Shown here one piece after another: positions 9,500 to 18,532 of a DNA stretch of 32,000 nt. The notes beneath the pieces were generated by a model. That model was not told the origin of the DNA, ran no database searches, and was given only the letters and a program-made list of their open reading frames with translations. The position numbers and the translations under genes were made by a program. The stretch is taken from positions 7,214-39,213 of the forward strand of contig JAIOAS010000010.1 in NCBI GenBank assembly GCA_019873725.1. The letters run 5' to 3'. This DNA comes from Chloroflexota bacterium (GTDB lineage Bacteria; Chloroflexota; Anaerolineae; B4-G1; SLSP01). The first letter of the stretch is position 1. Each line of letters begins with the position of its first letter.

Positions 9500-12400
9500 T
9501 TTTCCTCCGCGTCCAGTTGAATCACATCCAGCCCCACCGTGGTGAGCACTTCGTGAATGTTGCGGAAGGCGTCGCTGTTGATGGGCAAACCGGCGGGGAA
9601 GTGGAGAACCACCGTCACCGTCATCGTGAATTTGTCGGCGAGCTTTGCCAGGTCGTCGGTGGCGGCCTTGAGCTGCCGGTAGCGTTCCCAGGCCAGGTCT
9701 ACGCTGAAGGTGGCGGATTCGTCATCCCCAAATTCGGCGGCGGAGCGCAGTTGCACCCGCGCCACGGGCGCGTTCAATTGAGGGATGACGACGCCCACCG
9801 TGCGCAACGCCCGTGCGCCGGCCTGTCCCTGCCCTTGCAGCGCGATGCGGAGCGTCTGAATATGGGTGATCTGCCGATCGTGAAAAACATCGGACAACTG
9901 CTGGAACGCTTGCTGCGGAACGCCCGCGCCGCGCAATGGCTTCGGCGGGGGCGGCGGAGGCGTGATGTCGTCCCTGCACGTACAGCGGGATTGCGGCTGC
10001 CCGCACACCGGGCACAGTTCCTCCCGCGGCGGCGTGACGCCCTCCTTCCCCTTGATCGGCAGTCCCAGCCGCGCGGCCTCGGCGGGCAAATACAAATACG
10101 CCTCATCGGAGATTTGCACCGCCGGCGGCACGGATTCGTGATCGTAGCCCATCTCAGCGCGCGCGTCGTAATAAATCCACACCTGCATCTTGATCCCGTT
10201 GAGGATCGTTTTCTTGAGCTGGTTGACATCGAACAACAGCGGGAGGCTCAACCGGCGGGCAAAGGCTTTGCGCAAATCCTCCGTCGTCATCTGCACAAGA
10301 TTGGCGTCCCACGCCCGCGACTTCACATAAGCGGCAGCCAGCATCGGCTCGTTGCCGGTAAGCGCCTTCTGCTGCTGGCGCAGGACCCGCAGCACGACTT
10401 CGGATTGATCCCTTTGCACCTCGCCCTGATCCTGAGCAGGCAGCATCTCGTGCATCAAATACCCGTCGCGCTGCAATGCCTCGGCCTGGGGAAAGTAAAG
10501 ATGCCGGTAGACTTTGGTAATGCCCACCCGCACGTCCAACTCTGCGCTTTCGCCGAGCTTCTTGATCTTTTTGCGCTGTTCCTCGGTGAACTCCTGCATC
10601 CGCTGCGCGTCGCCCGTGATCCGGTTGATGCCCAGGTAGCGGCGCACGGTCTCGACCAACTCGTCAACGCGCTCGCCATCGGCGACCAGAAACAGCACAT
10701 TGTTGGGGAAGCGGCGAAAACCCTCCAACGCCCCTGTGCGCGTCGCCAGTTTGCGCGCCAACTCCGGCGGCTGCGGCGCAGTCGCCGTCGCGGAAGCGGC
10801 ATCGTAGTGGAGCACCGCCAGCTTGGGCGCATCGGCGTCATCGTCCACGTCATCGGCTTCCTGCGGGAAGTAGACGACCTTGAACACGCCGCTCTTCCAC
10901 ACCCTGCGGATGCGGGCATCCAACTCTGCCTTAGCCGTCGTCAGCCCCACCAGTTGCATCTCATCGTTGATGATTTTGTTGATCGAAGGTTCCGGCTTGA
11001 AACGATAGCGCAGCCCGTCCCACTCGAAGAACCAGCCCTTGTCGTAGAGCCGTTCCGCCGCTTTGTGGACCAACGCCGGTTCATCGCCCGGCGCCAGCGC
11101 GCCCAACAGCAGTTCGGGCGGCGCGATGCCGGAAATCGCCCCCTGCACCAGGCTGTGCAGGAAAACGGTGGTTGCCACGCGCCGGGCATAGCGTGGTTTG
11201 CCGGTCATCACCCACGTGCCATCAATCTGATAAGCGTGGCCCGGTGCAGCGCCCTTGGGACTGACAATATCGGCTTCGATCACCTGCTGGAAGGCCGGAC
11301 GCTCCAGGCGACTGGTGAGGTCTTTGGCGATCTCTGGGTGGCGCAAATCCACGTGATACGGCGCGATACACCAGGCATCCGCCGGGCGCTCCTCCCAGAC
11401 CCGGCGCACCACCAACGCGAGCAGGCGCAGCGCGCCGCGCGTCTTCTGGAAATTGGGGATCGTCGCCACCCGCAATGTGAGCGCATTGAGCAGTTCCGGG
11501 TGAAACGGATAGGCCGTCGCCAGCGCCTGGGCGTATTCCGCCGTCAGTGCCTGGGTGGGCAAGGCCACGTTCTGCGCGTGCCAGCGGCGGTAAGCCTCGG
11601 TGTACGCCTGCGCCGTCTCGGCGGCAGCCTGGGCGTCAATGGTCGCAAACAAGCGGTGGCGCACAATCGCGGCGATTTCCGTTTCGCCGGTGGGGGTGAT
11701 GACCCGCTCCTGCCGCGCCGAGACTTTATAGGCTTCGGCCAGGTGCGCGCGCAGTTGGTCGGTCTCCTTCGCAAAAGCATCTTCCGCCCCGGCCAGCGTC
11801 AGCACCACGACGACGTTGGCGCGGCTGGCGGCGAACTCCAACAGCGACATCAAAAAGGCCACCGTCTGCTCGGCCAGGTCCGATTTGCCGGTGGCGGTGG
11901 GCACGGATTGGGCCGCGCGCATGTGCCGGGCCAATTCGTCCAACATCATCAGCGTGGGCCGCTCGCCGACCAGTTCGGCAAACAGGCCGGTGCCGGGCGC
12001 GGAGCGGTGATGATCGCTCTCCTGCGCCAGCGCGTAGCCGGTCGGCCCGCCGAGCTGGTAGGCCAGCTCGCCCCACAGGGTAAACGTGCGCAGATTGTCC
12101 GCCGCGTGATACAGCCCCGTAGCAGGGTCCAGGTCTGACCCCACCACCCCGGCGATGCGCACCTGACCGGGGGCGGGCAACAGGGTCGGCTCCACCACCC
12201 GGGCGATGAGCGCCGCAGGCAGGGCTTCACCGCGCGCCGCGTGATACAGCGCGATGAGGTTATGGGTTTTGCCGCCGCCGAAAGCCGTTTCCAGCCGCAG
12301 AATGGGGCTGCTGGCGGGGCGCGCGCCGGTCAGGCGACCGAGTGCCTCGGTCAACAACAGGCGCAGACCGGCGGTGGGGTACGTGTTCTCGAAGAACGTT

Positions 12401-12531
12401 GTGGGATTCTGGTACACCGGCGCAGCCGTACCATCCAGCACATCCTTGAGCCGGGCGGCGAAGATGTCTTCGGTCAGTTGCCCTTGCAGGACTTCGGGCC
12501 GCGGCGTGCAGGTATCGAAAACGAGTTGCAT
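9496..12531 (-). CDS. DUF499-type ATPase, defence-associated
   Basis: Start trimmed to ATG 12531 (RBS AGGAGGTGG upstream). MQLVFDTCTPRPEVLQGQLTEDIFAARL..LRLETAFGGGKTHNLIAL is the characteristic DUF499 N-terminus with its Walker A, and MMLDELARH looks like a Walker B. A Cys4-like CPVCGQPQSRCTC lies near the C-terminus. 1011 aa. Confidence 0.85.
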
Positions 12532-12572
12532 ACCACCTCCTGTAGCCTGAAAATGGAACGTGATACGTTTAC

Positions 12573-12601
12573 AGTTTATCATCTTTTAAGGAAGGATGCA
12601 A
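12573..12601 (-). promoter_or_regulatory. Candidate sigma70 promoter TTGCAT-17-TAAACT for the DUF499 operon
   Basis: On the minus strand the -10 is at 12573-12578 and the -35 at 12596-12601, about 35-40 nt upstream of the RBS. The -35 lies in the terminal ATGCAAAT of the adjacent MITE-like element. Confidence 0.35.
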
Positions 12602-12785
12602 ATGAGTCTACTGAAAAAACTATTCACCACAGAGACACAGAGGTCACGGAGTTTTTAACTATATTTTGATAAGTTGATATTGGTAATCAGAAAATCAATT
12701 TTATTCAAGATAAAAATAAGGATTCTTCTGTGTCCTCCGTGCCTCTGTGGTAAATTCCTCTTTTTGCAGTAGAGTCATGCAAATG
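12597..12785. mobile_element. MITE-like element: imperfect ~55-60-bp terminal inverted repeats around an AT-rich core, no ORF
   Basis: The left arm ATGCAAATGAGTCTACTGAAAAAAC..CACCACAGAGACACAGAGGTCACGGAG matches the reverse complement of the right arm (..CCACAGAGGCACGGAGGACACAGAAG; CAGTAGAGTCATGCAAATG at the end). ATGCAAAT is present at both ends. Confidence 0.45.
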
Positions 12786-12919
12786 TAATTATCCTCTCGA
12801 CTCTGCCACATGAAACCCAAATCATCAAAAATGGTCACTTGAAAACAACTAAAGCAATTCCAAAGCTCCATTCTCACTCAAAAAGTAAAAGTCAACGTTC
12901 CTTGTTTGTCCTGTTCATC

Positions 12920-13471
12920 TCATCTTCGTCCACAACACTGCTTGTATTTCCTGCCGCTGCCACAGGGACACGGATCGTTGCGGCCCACCGGCGGCGCGCT
13001 CGGACTGCGGAGATTGTCCCCGCTATCAATGGCACGCCGGGACTCAAGTGAGGCTTCCGGCTCACTGCCGATGGCTTCTTGCAGTTCTTGATACGCCGGG
13101 TGTTTGGGATTGGCTGTCACCTTTTTGACGATGTGATAGTGCCGTTCCAGGCGCGCCAGATAACGCCGGTCAGACAGCACGACCTCGGACACCAGCTTCA
13201 ACAATGCCGGCGCATAACGACTTTGCTCGTTGAGTGGATCCAGGAACGGCCCGGCCTCCAGGTCGTCGCGATCAAAGCCGTAGCTGATGGCGGCCAGGAA
13301 ACGTGCTGGATGCCGTTCTTCGGCCACATTGAGCATCACGCGGCGACAGTCGCACGCCGGAGCGGGACAATAGAATTCGAGCAGGCCGTAATTGCCCGGT
13401 GGAATGTCGTTTCGCCGTTGGAGAATCATGATCGAGCGCGTTTCCCGCTCGGCCAATTCAGGTGCAACCAT
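12920..13471 (-). CDS. SEC-C metal-binding-motif protein
   Basis: The C-terminal GRNDPCPCGSGRKYKQCCGRR is the SEC-C motif. The start is trimmed to ATG 13471 (MVAPELAERE..) because the track's N-terminal extension runs through a repeat. Confidence 0.7.
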   Translation of the reverse strand: MVAPELAERETRSIMILQRRNDIPPGNYGLLEFYCPAPACDCRRVMLNVAEERHPARFLAAISYGFDRDDLEAGPFLDPLNEQSRYAPALLKLVSEVVLSDRRYLARLERHYHIVKKVTANPKHPAYQELQEAIGSEPEASLESRRAIDSGDNLRSPSAPPVGRNDPCPCGSGRKYKQCCGRR

Positions 13472-13506
13472 AAAAAATGGGTAACGATTCAGGGGTAGGG
13501 TTGCCA

Positions 13507-13607
13507 ACAACGAATGGGATAACGAATGAACGAATTTGGGCCTCGATGGAATGAAAAACTTGCGTACAGCAAGCATCCATTTGTTTATTCGTTCCCCAAT
13601 TCGTTGT
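13507..13607. repeat. Inverted-repeat element (ACAACGAATGGGATAACGAATGAACGAAT / reverse complement) in the SEC-C gene leader
   Basis: The left arm 13507-13539 and the reverse complement of the right arm 13577-13607 align (ACAACGAAT.GGG.AACGAAT.AAC.AAT..GG). The centre has a small CTTGC-gtaca-GCAAG hairpin. Confidence 0.4.
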
Positions 13608-13654
13608 CGACGACCATGCCTGAACAGCTACGCCCGAATATTGAACTTTCTGTA

Positions 13655-13683
13655 TTGACAGAAAATTCATAACGTGATAAAAT
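13655..13683 (+). promoter_or_regulatory. Near-consensus sigma70 promoter TTGACA-17-TAAAAT upstream of the P-type ATPase
   Basis: Hexamers are at 13655-13660 and 13678-13683. RBS AAAGGAG precedes the TTG start at 13740. Confidence 0.5.
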
Positions 13684-13739
13684 AAACTTGTGTTTAGAAA
13701 TACGGGTGCAGTCCCCTGTAGGACACAAAGGAGATAGCC

Positions 13740-16208
13740 TTGTCATTTACATCCACATTCCAGGGTCTCACGATTGCAGAGGTCGAACAACGTCGCCGTG
13801 AGTACGGTGAAAACGCTCTACCCTCGGCCAAGAAAACGTCGGCCTGGGGGATTTTCTTCAATCAATTCAAAAATCCGCTGGTCTACATCATCCTCACCGC
13901 GGCTGCCATTTCCCTGGCGGTAGGTGAGTACGGTGATTTTGGGATCATCATGGTGGTCGTCCTGCTGGATGCTATCCTGGGCTTCATCCAGGAGTACCAG
14001 GCGCAGCGTACCTACACGGCGCTCAAGGAGTTGTTCAAACCCACCACCACCGTCATTCGTGATGGCGTGCGGCAGGAGGTCGAAGTCCGCGAGCTGGTAC
14101 CCGACGACATTGTCCTGCTCAATACCGGAGAACGCATCCCTGGCGATGGCGAAATCCTCGAGGCGCTCAAGCTAACCGTCGAAGAAGCCATCCTCACCGG
14201 CGAAAGCGAGCCGGTCGGCAAGACCACTGAGGTTGATCACAACCGGGTCTTTATGGGTACCACCGTCCTCACCGGGCGCGGACTGATGCGCGTCAATACC
14301 ACCGGCGCGCACACTGAGTTGGGACGCATCGCCACCAGCCTGCACGAAGAAATCGAGGATAAAACGCCGCTCCAGGTGCGTTTGGAAGCCTTCAGCCATA
14401 CCCTCACCCGATTGGTATTGGCGATCACCGCAGCTATCTTCGTCATGGGCTTGATCTCTGGACGCCATGTTCTCGAAATGCTGCGCGTGTCCATCATCCT
14501 GGCGATTGCCGCCGTGCCGGAGGGGCTGCTCATCGCTGTGACCGTCATCCTGGTGTTGGGGATGCGCAAGATTCTCAAACGCAACGGGCTGGTGAAGCGC
14601 TTGCTGGCAGTGGAAACGCTCGGTTCGGTGACCACCATCTGCACCGACAAGACCGGCACGCTCACCGAGGGTCGTATGCAGGTAACTCGTCAGGAGGTCC
14701 GCGAGGCGCAACGCGCCCTGGAAGTGATGGTGTATTGTAACGACCTGGAAGGGCCAGTGGATGCTGCATTGTGGGAATACGCTCGCACCCAACTCAAGGG
14801 CGACCCGCAAGAGATGGCCAATGGCGCGGAACGGCTGGGCGAAGAATTGTTCAGCAGCGAGACCAAGTTCATGATCGCCGCCGCGCGCGTCGCCGGGCAA
14901 ACGTTCCACTACCTCAAGGGCGCGCCGGAGATTGTGTTGGGGATGTGCGCTGTGGATGATCAAGAACAAGGCCGCATTCTGGCAGAAGTGGAACAGTGGG
15001 CCGGCGAAGGATTACGACTGCTTGGATTAGCCTACCGTCCGGACGGTCTGCTCGGCGATCACAGCGGCTACACCTGGGTGGGCCTGGTGGCGATGGAAGA
15101 CCCCATCCGCGAGGGTGTGCGCGAAGCCATCCAGGTCGCGCGGCGCGCCGGCATTCAGGTGAAAATGATCACCGGCGACTACCGCAAGACCGCCGAACGC
15201 ATCGCAGCGATGATCGGCCTGGCAACTCGCACCAACCAGGTTATCGATGGCGAAGAACTGGGACAACTCAGCGACGAGGCGTTGACCCAACGCGTGCAAG
15301 AGATCACCGTTTTCGCCCGCATCCGCCCGCAGGATAAGCTGCGCATCGTGCGCGCCCTGCAAGCGCGCGGCGAGATCACGGCCATGATCGGCGACGGCGT
15401 CAACGACGCACCGGCGCTCAAACGCGCCAACATCGGCGTGGTGGTCGGTGCAGCGACCGATGTCGCCAAAGAAACCGCCGACCTGATTCTGCTGGACAAC
15501 AACTTTAAGACCGTAGTGGCGGCTATCGAAGAAGGGCGCGTCATCTTCGAGAACATCCGCAAGGTGGTGGCCTACACGCTTTCCAACTCGTTCGCCGAGG
15601 TGCTGCTGGTCTTCGGGGCAATGCTGCTCGGCTGGCCCGCGCCGCTGTTGGTAGCACAAATCCTGTGGATTCATCTGATTTGCGACGGCCCTTCTGACAT
15701 CGTGCTGGGCTTCGAGCCGAAGGAAAACGGGATCATGGAAGAACCGCCCAAGCCGCTGAACGAGCCGGTCTTGAACACGTTGGGATTGTCGCTCATCGCC
15801 ATCATCAGCACAGCCAGCGCGGCGGTGGGGTTGATCCTGTTCGGCCACTACTTCTTACAGCACAACGATCCGACGGATGGGCGCAGCCTCATCTTTGCCA
15901 GTTTTGCGCTCAACTCGCTGATCTACATCTTCGCCTATCGCAGTCTGCGCCGTTCCATCTTCCAGATGAACCCGCTGCGCGTGAACAAACCGCTGATTTG
16001 GGCAGTGACCTCCGGGTTGATCCTGGTCTTGCTGCCTTTCTTTGTGCCCGGCCTGCGCCAGATGCTGGACATCGTCCCCTTGCACGTGGAAGATTGGCTG
16101 TTGGTCGGGGGCGTGGCGCTCAGCTTGTTGTGTGTTGTCGAGATCGGCAAATGGTTTACTCATCTGCGCCGCCAGCGTATGACAGTGTCAAATTCACACC
16201 CGCTATAG
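13740..16208 (+). CDS. Cation-translocating P-type ATPase, P2 (Ca2+/Mg2+-like) type
   Basis: TGES (LTGESEPV), AVPEGL in TM4, DKTGTLT phosphorylation site, MITGD, GDGVNDAPALKRANIGV. There is no CPC motif and no N-terminal metal-binding domain. Confidence 0.9.
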   Translation: MSFTSTFQGLTIAEVEQRRREYGENALPSAKKTSAWGIFFNQFKNPLVYIILTAAAISLAVGEYGDFGIIMVVVLLDAILGFIQEYQAQRTYTALKELFKPTTTVIRDGVRQEVEVRELVPDDIVLLNTGERIPGDGEILEALKLTVEEAILTGESEPVGKTTEVDHNRVFMGTTVLTGRGLMRVNTTGAHTELGRIATSLHEEIEDKTPLQVRLEAFSHTLTRLVLAITAAIFVMGLISGRHVLEMLRVSIILAIAAVPEGLLIAVTVILVLGMRKILKRNGLVKRLLAVETLGSVTTICTDKTGTLTEGRMQVTRQEVREAQRALEVMVYCNDLEGPVDAALWEYARTQLKGDPQEMANGAERLGEELFSSETKFMIAAARVAGQTFHYLKGAPEIVLGMCAVDDQEQGRILAEVEQWAGEGLRLLGLAYRPDGLLGDHSGYTWVGLVAMEDPIREGVREAIQVARRAGIQVKMITGDYRKTAERIAAMIGLATRTNQVIDGEELGQLSDEALTQRVQEITVFARIRPQDKLRIVRALQARGEITAMIGDGVNDAPALKRANIGVVVGAATDVAKETADLILLDNNFKTVVAAIEEGRVIFENIRKVVAYTLSNSFAEVLLVFGAMLLGWPAPLLVAQILWIHLICDGPSDIVLGFEPKENGIMEEPPKPLNEPVLNTLGLSLIAIISTASAAVGLILFGHYFLQHNDPTDGRSLIFASFALNSLIYIFAYRSLRRSIFQMNPLRVNKPLIWAVTSGLILVLLPFFVPGLRQMLDIVPLHVEDWLLVGGVALSLLCVVEIGKWFTHLRRQRMTVSNSHPL

Positions 16209-16223
16209 GAAAGGATCAGTAAA

Positions 16224-16706
16224 ATGCCCGAACGTTACTACGAACAAAAGCACTTTGTCGAAGACATCAGCCTGTATTTCGAGCAGATGGGCATCCCGCG
16301 CATGGCCGGGCGCATCCTGGGGGTGTTGTTGATTGCGAACCCGCCGGAGCAATCCATGACCGATCTGTGCGAGACGTTACAGGCCAGCAAGAGCGCCATC
16401 AGCACCAACACACGGTTGTTGAGCGAGATGGGGCTGATCGAGCGCGCCCCTTCGCCGGAACCGCGCCAGGTCTACTTTCGTTTTGCGCCCGGCGGTTGGG
16501 TCACGTTTATGCGCATGTATCTGCGGATGATGGCTTCGCTGCACCAAATCGCCGAGCGCGGTCTGGAACTGCTCAAGGATGAAGACCCCGCGCTGCGCGA
16601 GCGGCTCCAGGAAGCGCACGACATGTTCTCGCTCATCGAAGATCAATTGCCGGCTCTGCTCAAACGCATCGAGACCCAGCGGGGCATTGGCACGAATGGA
16701 GGATAA
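16224..16706 (+). CDS. GbsR/MarR-family winged-helix transcriptional regulator
   Basis: FVEDISLYFEQMGIPRMAGRILGVLLI..PPEQSMTDLCETLQASKSAISTNTRLLSEMGLIER fits the GbsR-type pattern. It starts 15 nt after the ATPase stop. Confidence 0.7.
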   Translation: MPERYYEQKHFVEDISLYFEQMGIPRMAGRILGVLLIANPPEQSMTDLCETLQASKSAISTNTRLLSEMGLIERAPSPEPRQVYFRFAPGGWVTFMRMYLRMMASLHQIAERGLELLKDEDPALRERLQEAHDMFSLIEDQLPALLKRIETQRGIGTNGG

Positions 16707-16711
16707 ACAGG

Positions 16712-17359
16712 ATGAAAAAGCGAAGTATACTGTGGACAATTTTGATGGCTGTCGTCAGCCTGCTGTTCTTCTGGCTCGTGCTACTCAAGCTCATTCTGAA
16801 ATTGAACAAGGGCCGCGGCGAACCGTGTCCCACCTCGTGGAGTTGGATCGTGGATAACCCGCTGCGCCGTTGGGACGTGCGTTACGCACTCGACCGGGCG
16901 GGTTTGCGCTCCGGCGAGACGGTGCTGGAACTCGGCCCCGGGCCGGGGGCATTCACCATAGATGCGGCGCAGCGCGTAGGACCGGAAGGCCGTCTGATCG
17001 CCGTGGACATCCAGCCGGGGATGATCGCACAGGTGGAGGAACGGGTCAAGGCCGCCGGGCTGACGAACGTGGAAACCCACGTCGCCAGCGCCTACGAACT
17101 GCCGCTCCCCGACGCCAGCGTGGATCGTGCCTTCCTCATCACCGTGCTGCCCGAAATCCCCGACCCTGTGCGCGCCCTGCGCGAAATCCATCGCGTGCTC
17201 AAGACAGGCGGCGTCGTCTCGATGACCGAGGAATTCCTCGATCCCGACTATCCGCGCCGCGCGACGACCATGGCCTGGGCCAATGCCGCCGGTTTCGAAC
17301 TGGCGGAGCGTTACGGGAATTGGTGGAACTATACGCTCAACTTCAGGCGGAAACCATAG
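16712..17359 (+). CDS. Class I SAM-dependent methyltransferase with an N-terminal membrane anchor
   Basis: TM-like ILWTILMAVVSLLFFWLVLLKLIL, then motif I VLELGPGPGAF and the typical LKTGGVV post-motif region. Confidence 0.75.
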   Translation: MKKRSILWTILMAVVSLLFFWLVLLKLILKLNKGRGEPCPTSWSWIVDNPLRRWDVRYALDRAGLRSGETVLELGPGPGAFTIDAAQRVGPEGRLIAVDIQPGMIAQVEERVKAAGLTNVETHVASAYELPLPDASVDRAFLITVLPEIPDPVRALREIHRVLKTGGVVSMTEEFLDPDYPRRATTMAWANAAGFELAERYGNWWNYTLNFRRKP

Positions 17360-17397
17360 ACCTTAAGGAAGCAAGGTCATTCAATCGGGAGGGTGCT

Positions 17398-18222
17398 ATG
17401 TCCGAGACAACTCCACAAACCCTGAGCGGCGTGGCCGAAACGCTGCTCATGACGGTCTACATCCGGGCCATGGAATCGCAGCGACCGGACGCGTTGATCA
17501 AAGACGAGAAAGCCGTGGCGCTGGTCACGAGCATGAGCTACGACTTCGACCGGATCAGACAGCTCAAGATGGACGAGGATGACAAGGTCGGGGTGATCCT
17601 GCGCAACCGCGAATTCGACCGCTACGTGCAGAATTTTCTGGCGCGCAACCCGGAAGCAGTCGTCGTGCACATCGGTTGTGGTCTCGATTCGCGCTTCGAG
17701 CGGGTGGATAACGGCAAAGTCGAATGGTACGACCTTGATCTGCCAGAGGTTATCGCGCAGCGCCGGAAATTCATTGGTGACGAAAAGGAACGTTATCACT
17801 TGCTGGCCGGTTCGGTGTTCGACGCCGCCTGGCTGGACAAGGTCAGTGTGCATCATCAGCGTCCCTTTCTGTTTCTGGCCGAAGGCGTCTTGATGTACTT
17901 CGAGGAAGCCCAGGTCAAGGCGTTGGTGCTGATGCTGCGCGACCACTTTCCCGGCGCGGAGCTGGTCTTCGATGCCTTCTCGCCGTATCTCGTGCGGATG
18001 AACAACCTGCGTATGGCCATCAGCAAATTCGGCGTTCGCTATCATTGGGGACTCCGGCGTGGTCAGGAACTCGAAAAGTGGGGGGATGGCATCCGCCTGC
18101 TCGACGAGTGGGGCTACTTTGACCGGCCCGAGCCACGGCTGGATCACATTCGCTGGATGCGGCACATTCCACTGCTTGCCAGGGTGATGCGTATTTACCA
18201 TTATCGCCTGGGAGAGACATGA
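17398..18222 (+). CDS. TcmP / leucine-carboxyl-methyltransferase-like (COG3315-type) SAM-dependent O-methyltransferase, paralogue 1
   Basis: The track ORF 16870..18222 is an artefactual extension; the real start is ATG 17398. Motifs: LSGVAETLLMTVYIRAMESQRPDALI.D, VVHIGCGLDSRFERVDN, WYDLDLPEVI, FLAEGVLMYF. Confidence 0.75.
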   Translation: MSETTPQTLSGVAETLLMTVYIRAMESQRPDALIKDEKAVALVTSMSYDFDRIRQLKMDEDDKVGVILRNREFDRYVQNFLARNPEAVVVHIGCGLDSRFERVDNGKVEWYDLDLPEVIAQRRKFIGDEKERYHLLAGSVFDAAWLDKVSVHHQRPFLFLAEGVLMYFEEAQVKALVLMLRDHFPGAELVFDAFSPYLVRMNNLRMAISKFGVRYHWGLRRGQELEKWGDGIRLLDEWGYFDRPEPRLDHIRWMRHIPLLARVMRIYHYRLGET

Positions 18223-18235
18223 GAGGGAAGATCCA

Positions 18236-18532
18236 ATGTCTAAGCATACTATCCGCAATCTGAACGCAGTCTCCCAGACGCTCCTGATCCCCTTGTATTT
18301 TCGGGCGCTGGCTTTCCATCGCCCCGATGCACTGGTGCGCGATCCCAAGGCAGTGGAACTGGTCGGCCAACTCGACTATGACTTCTCCGCCGTCCAGAAG
18401 CTGAAGAACGATTCGGTCAATTAACGGTACTTCCCATTCCTCGCCAGGATGGTGCGTGTCGTGCATTACCGGCTCGGAAAGACGGCAGAGAGAGAAAGTC
18501 TTTCGTTTCCAGGTGGACAGGAGGTACTATGA
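18236..18532 (+). pseudogene. Remnant of a TcmP/LCM-like methyltransferase (large in-frame internal deletion plus stop)
   Basis: The N-terminal 60 aa (LNAVSQTLLIPLYFRALAFHRPDALVRD..QLDYDFS) stop at TAA 18422. In the same frame, FPFLARMVRVVHYRLGKT matches the family C-terminus (compare IPLLARVMRIYHYRLGET). The ancestral stop overlaps the next ATG as ATGA at 18529-18532. Confidence 0.6.

Noticed and set aside
9517-12138. 873-aa ORF on the + strand
   Set aside because: It is antisense to the DUF499 ATPase gene, which has clear family motifs. Its translation is Arg/Gly/His/Pro-rich low complexity, typical of shadow ORFs in high-GC DNA, with no RBS context.
12532-12582. Track start of the DUF499 ORF at 12582
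   Set aside because: It would place the start inside the predicted -10 region with no RBS. ATG 12531 has AGGAGGTGG upstream and matches the family N-terminus.
13740-16208. Heavy-metal (Hg/Cu/Zn) P1B-type efflux ATPase, suggested by the nearby arsR-hgcAB
   Set aside because: TM4 carries PEGL rather than a CPC/CPx motif and there is no N-terminal HMA/CxxC domain. This fits a P2-type Ca2+/Mg2+-like pump.
16870-17397. N-terminal 176-aa extension of the track ORF 16870..18222
   Set aside because: It overlaps the class I methyltransferase gene in another frame and is Arg/Gly/Pro-rich. Family homology begins only at MSETTPQTLSGVAETLL (ATG 17398).
17377-18348. 323-aa ORF on the minus strand
   Set aside because: Antisense shadow of TcmP-like methyltransferase paralogue 1, with no motifs and no RBS.
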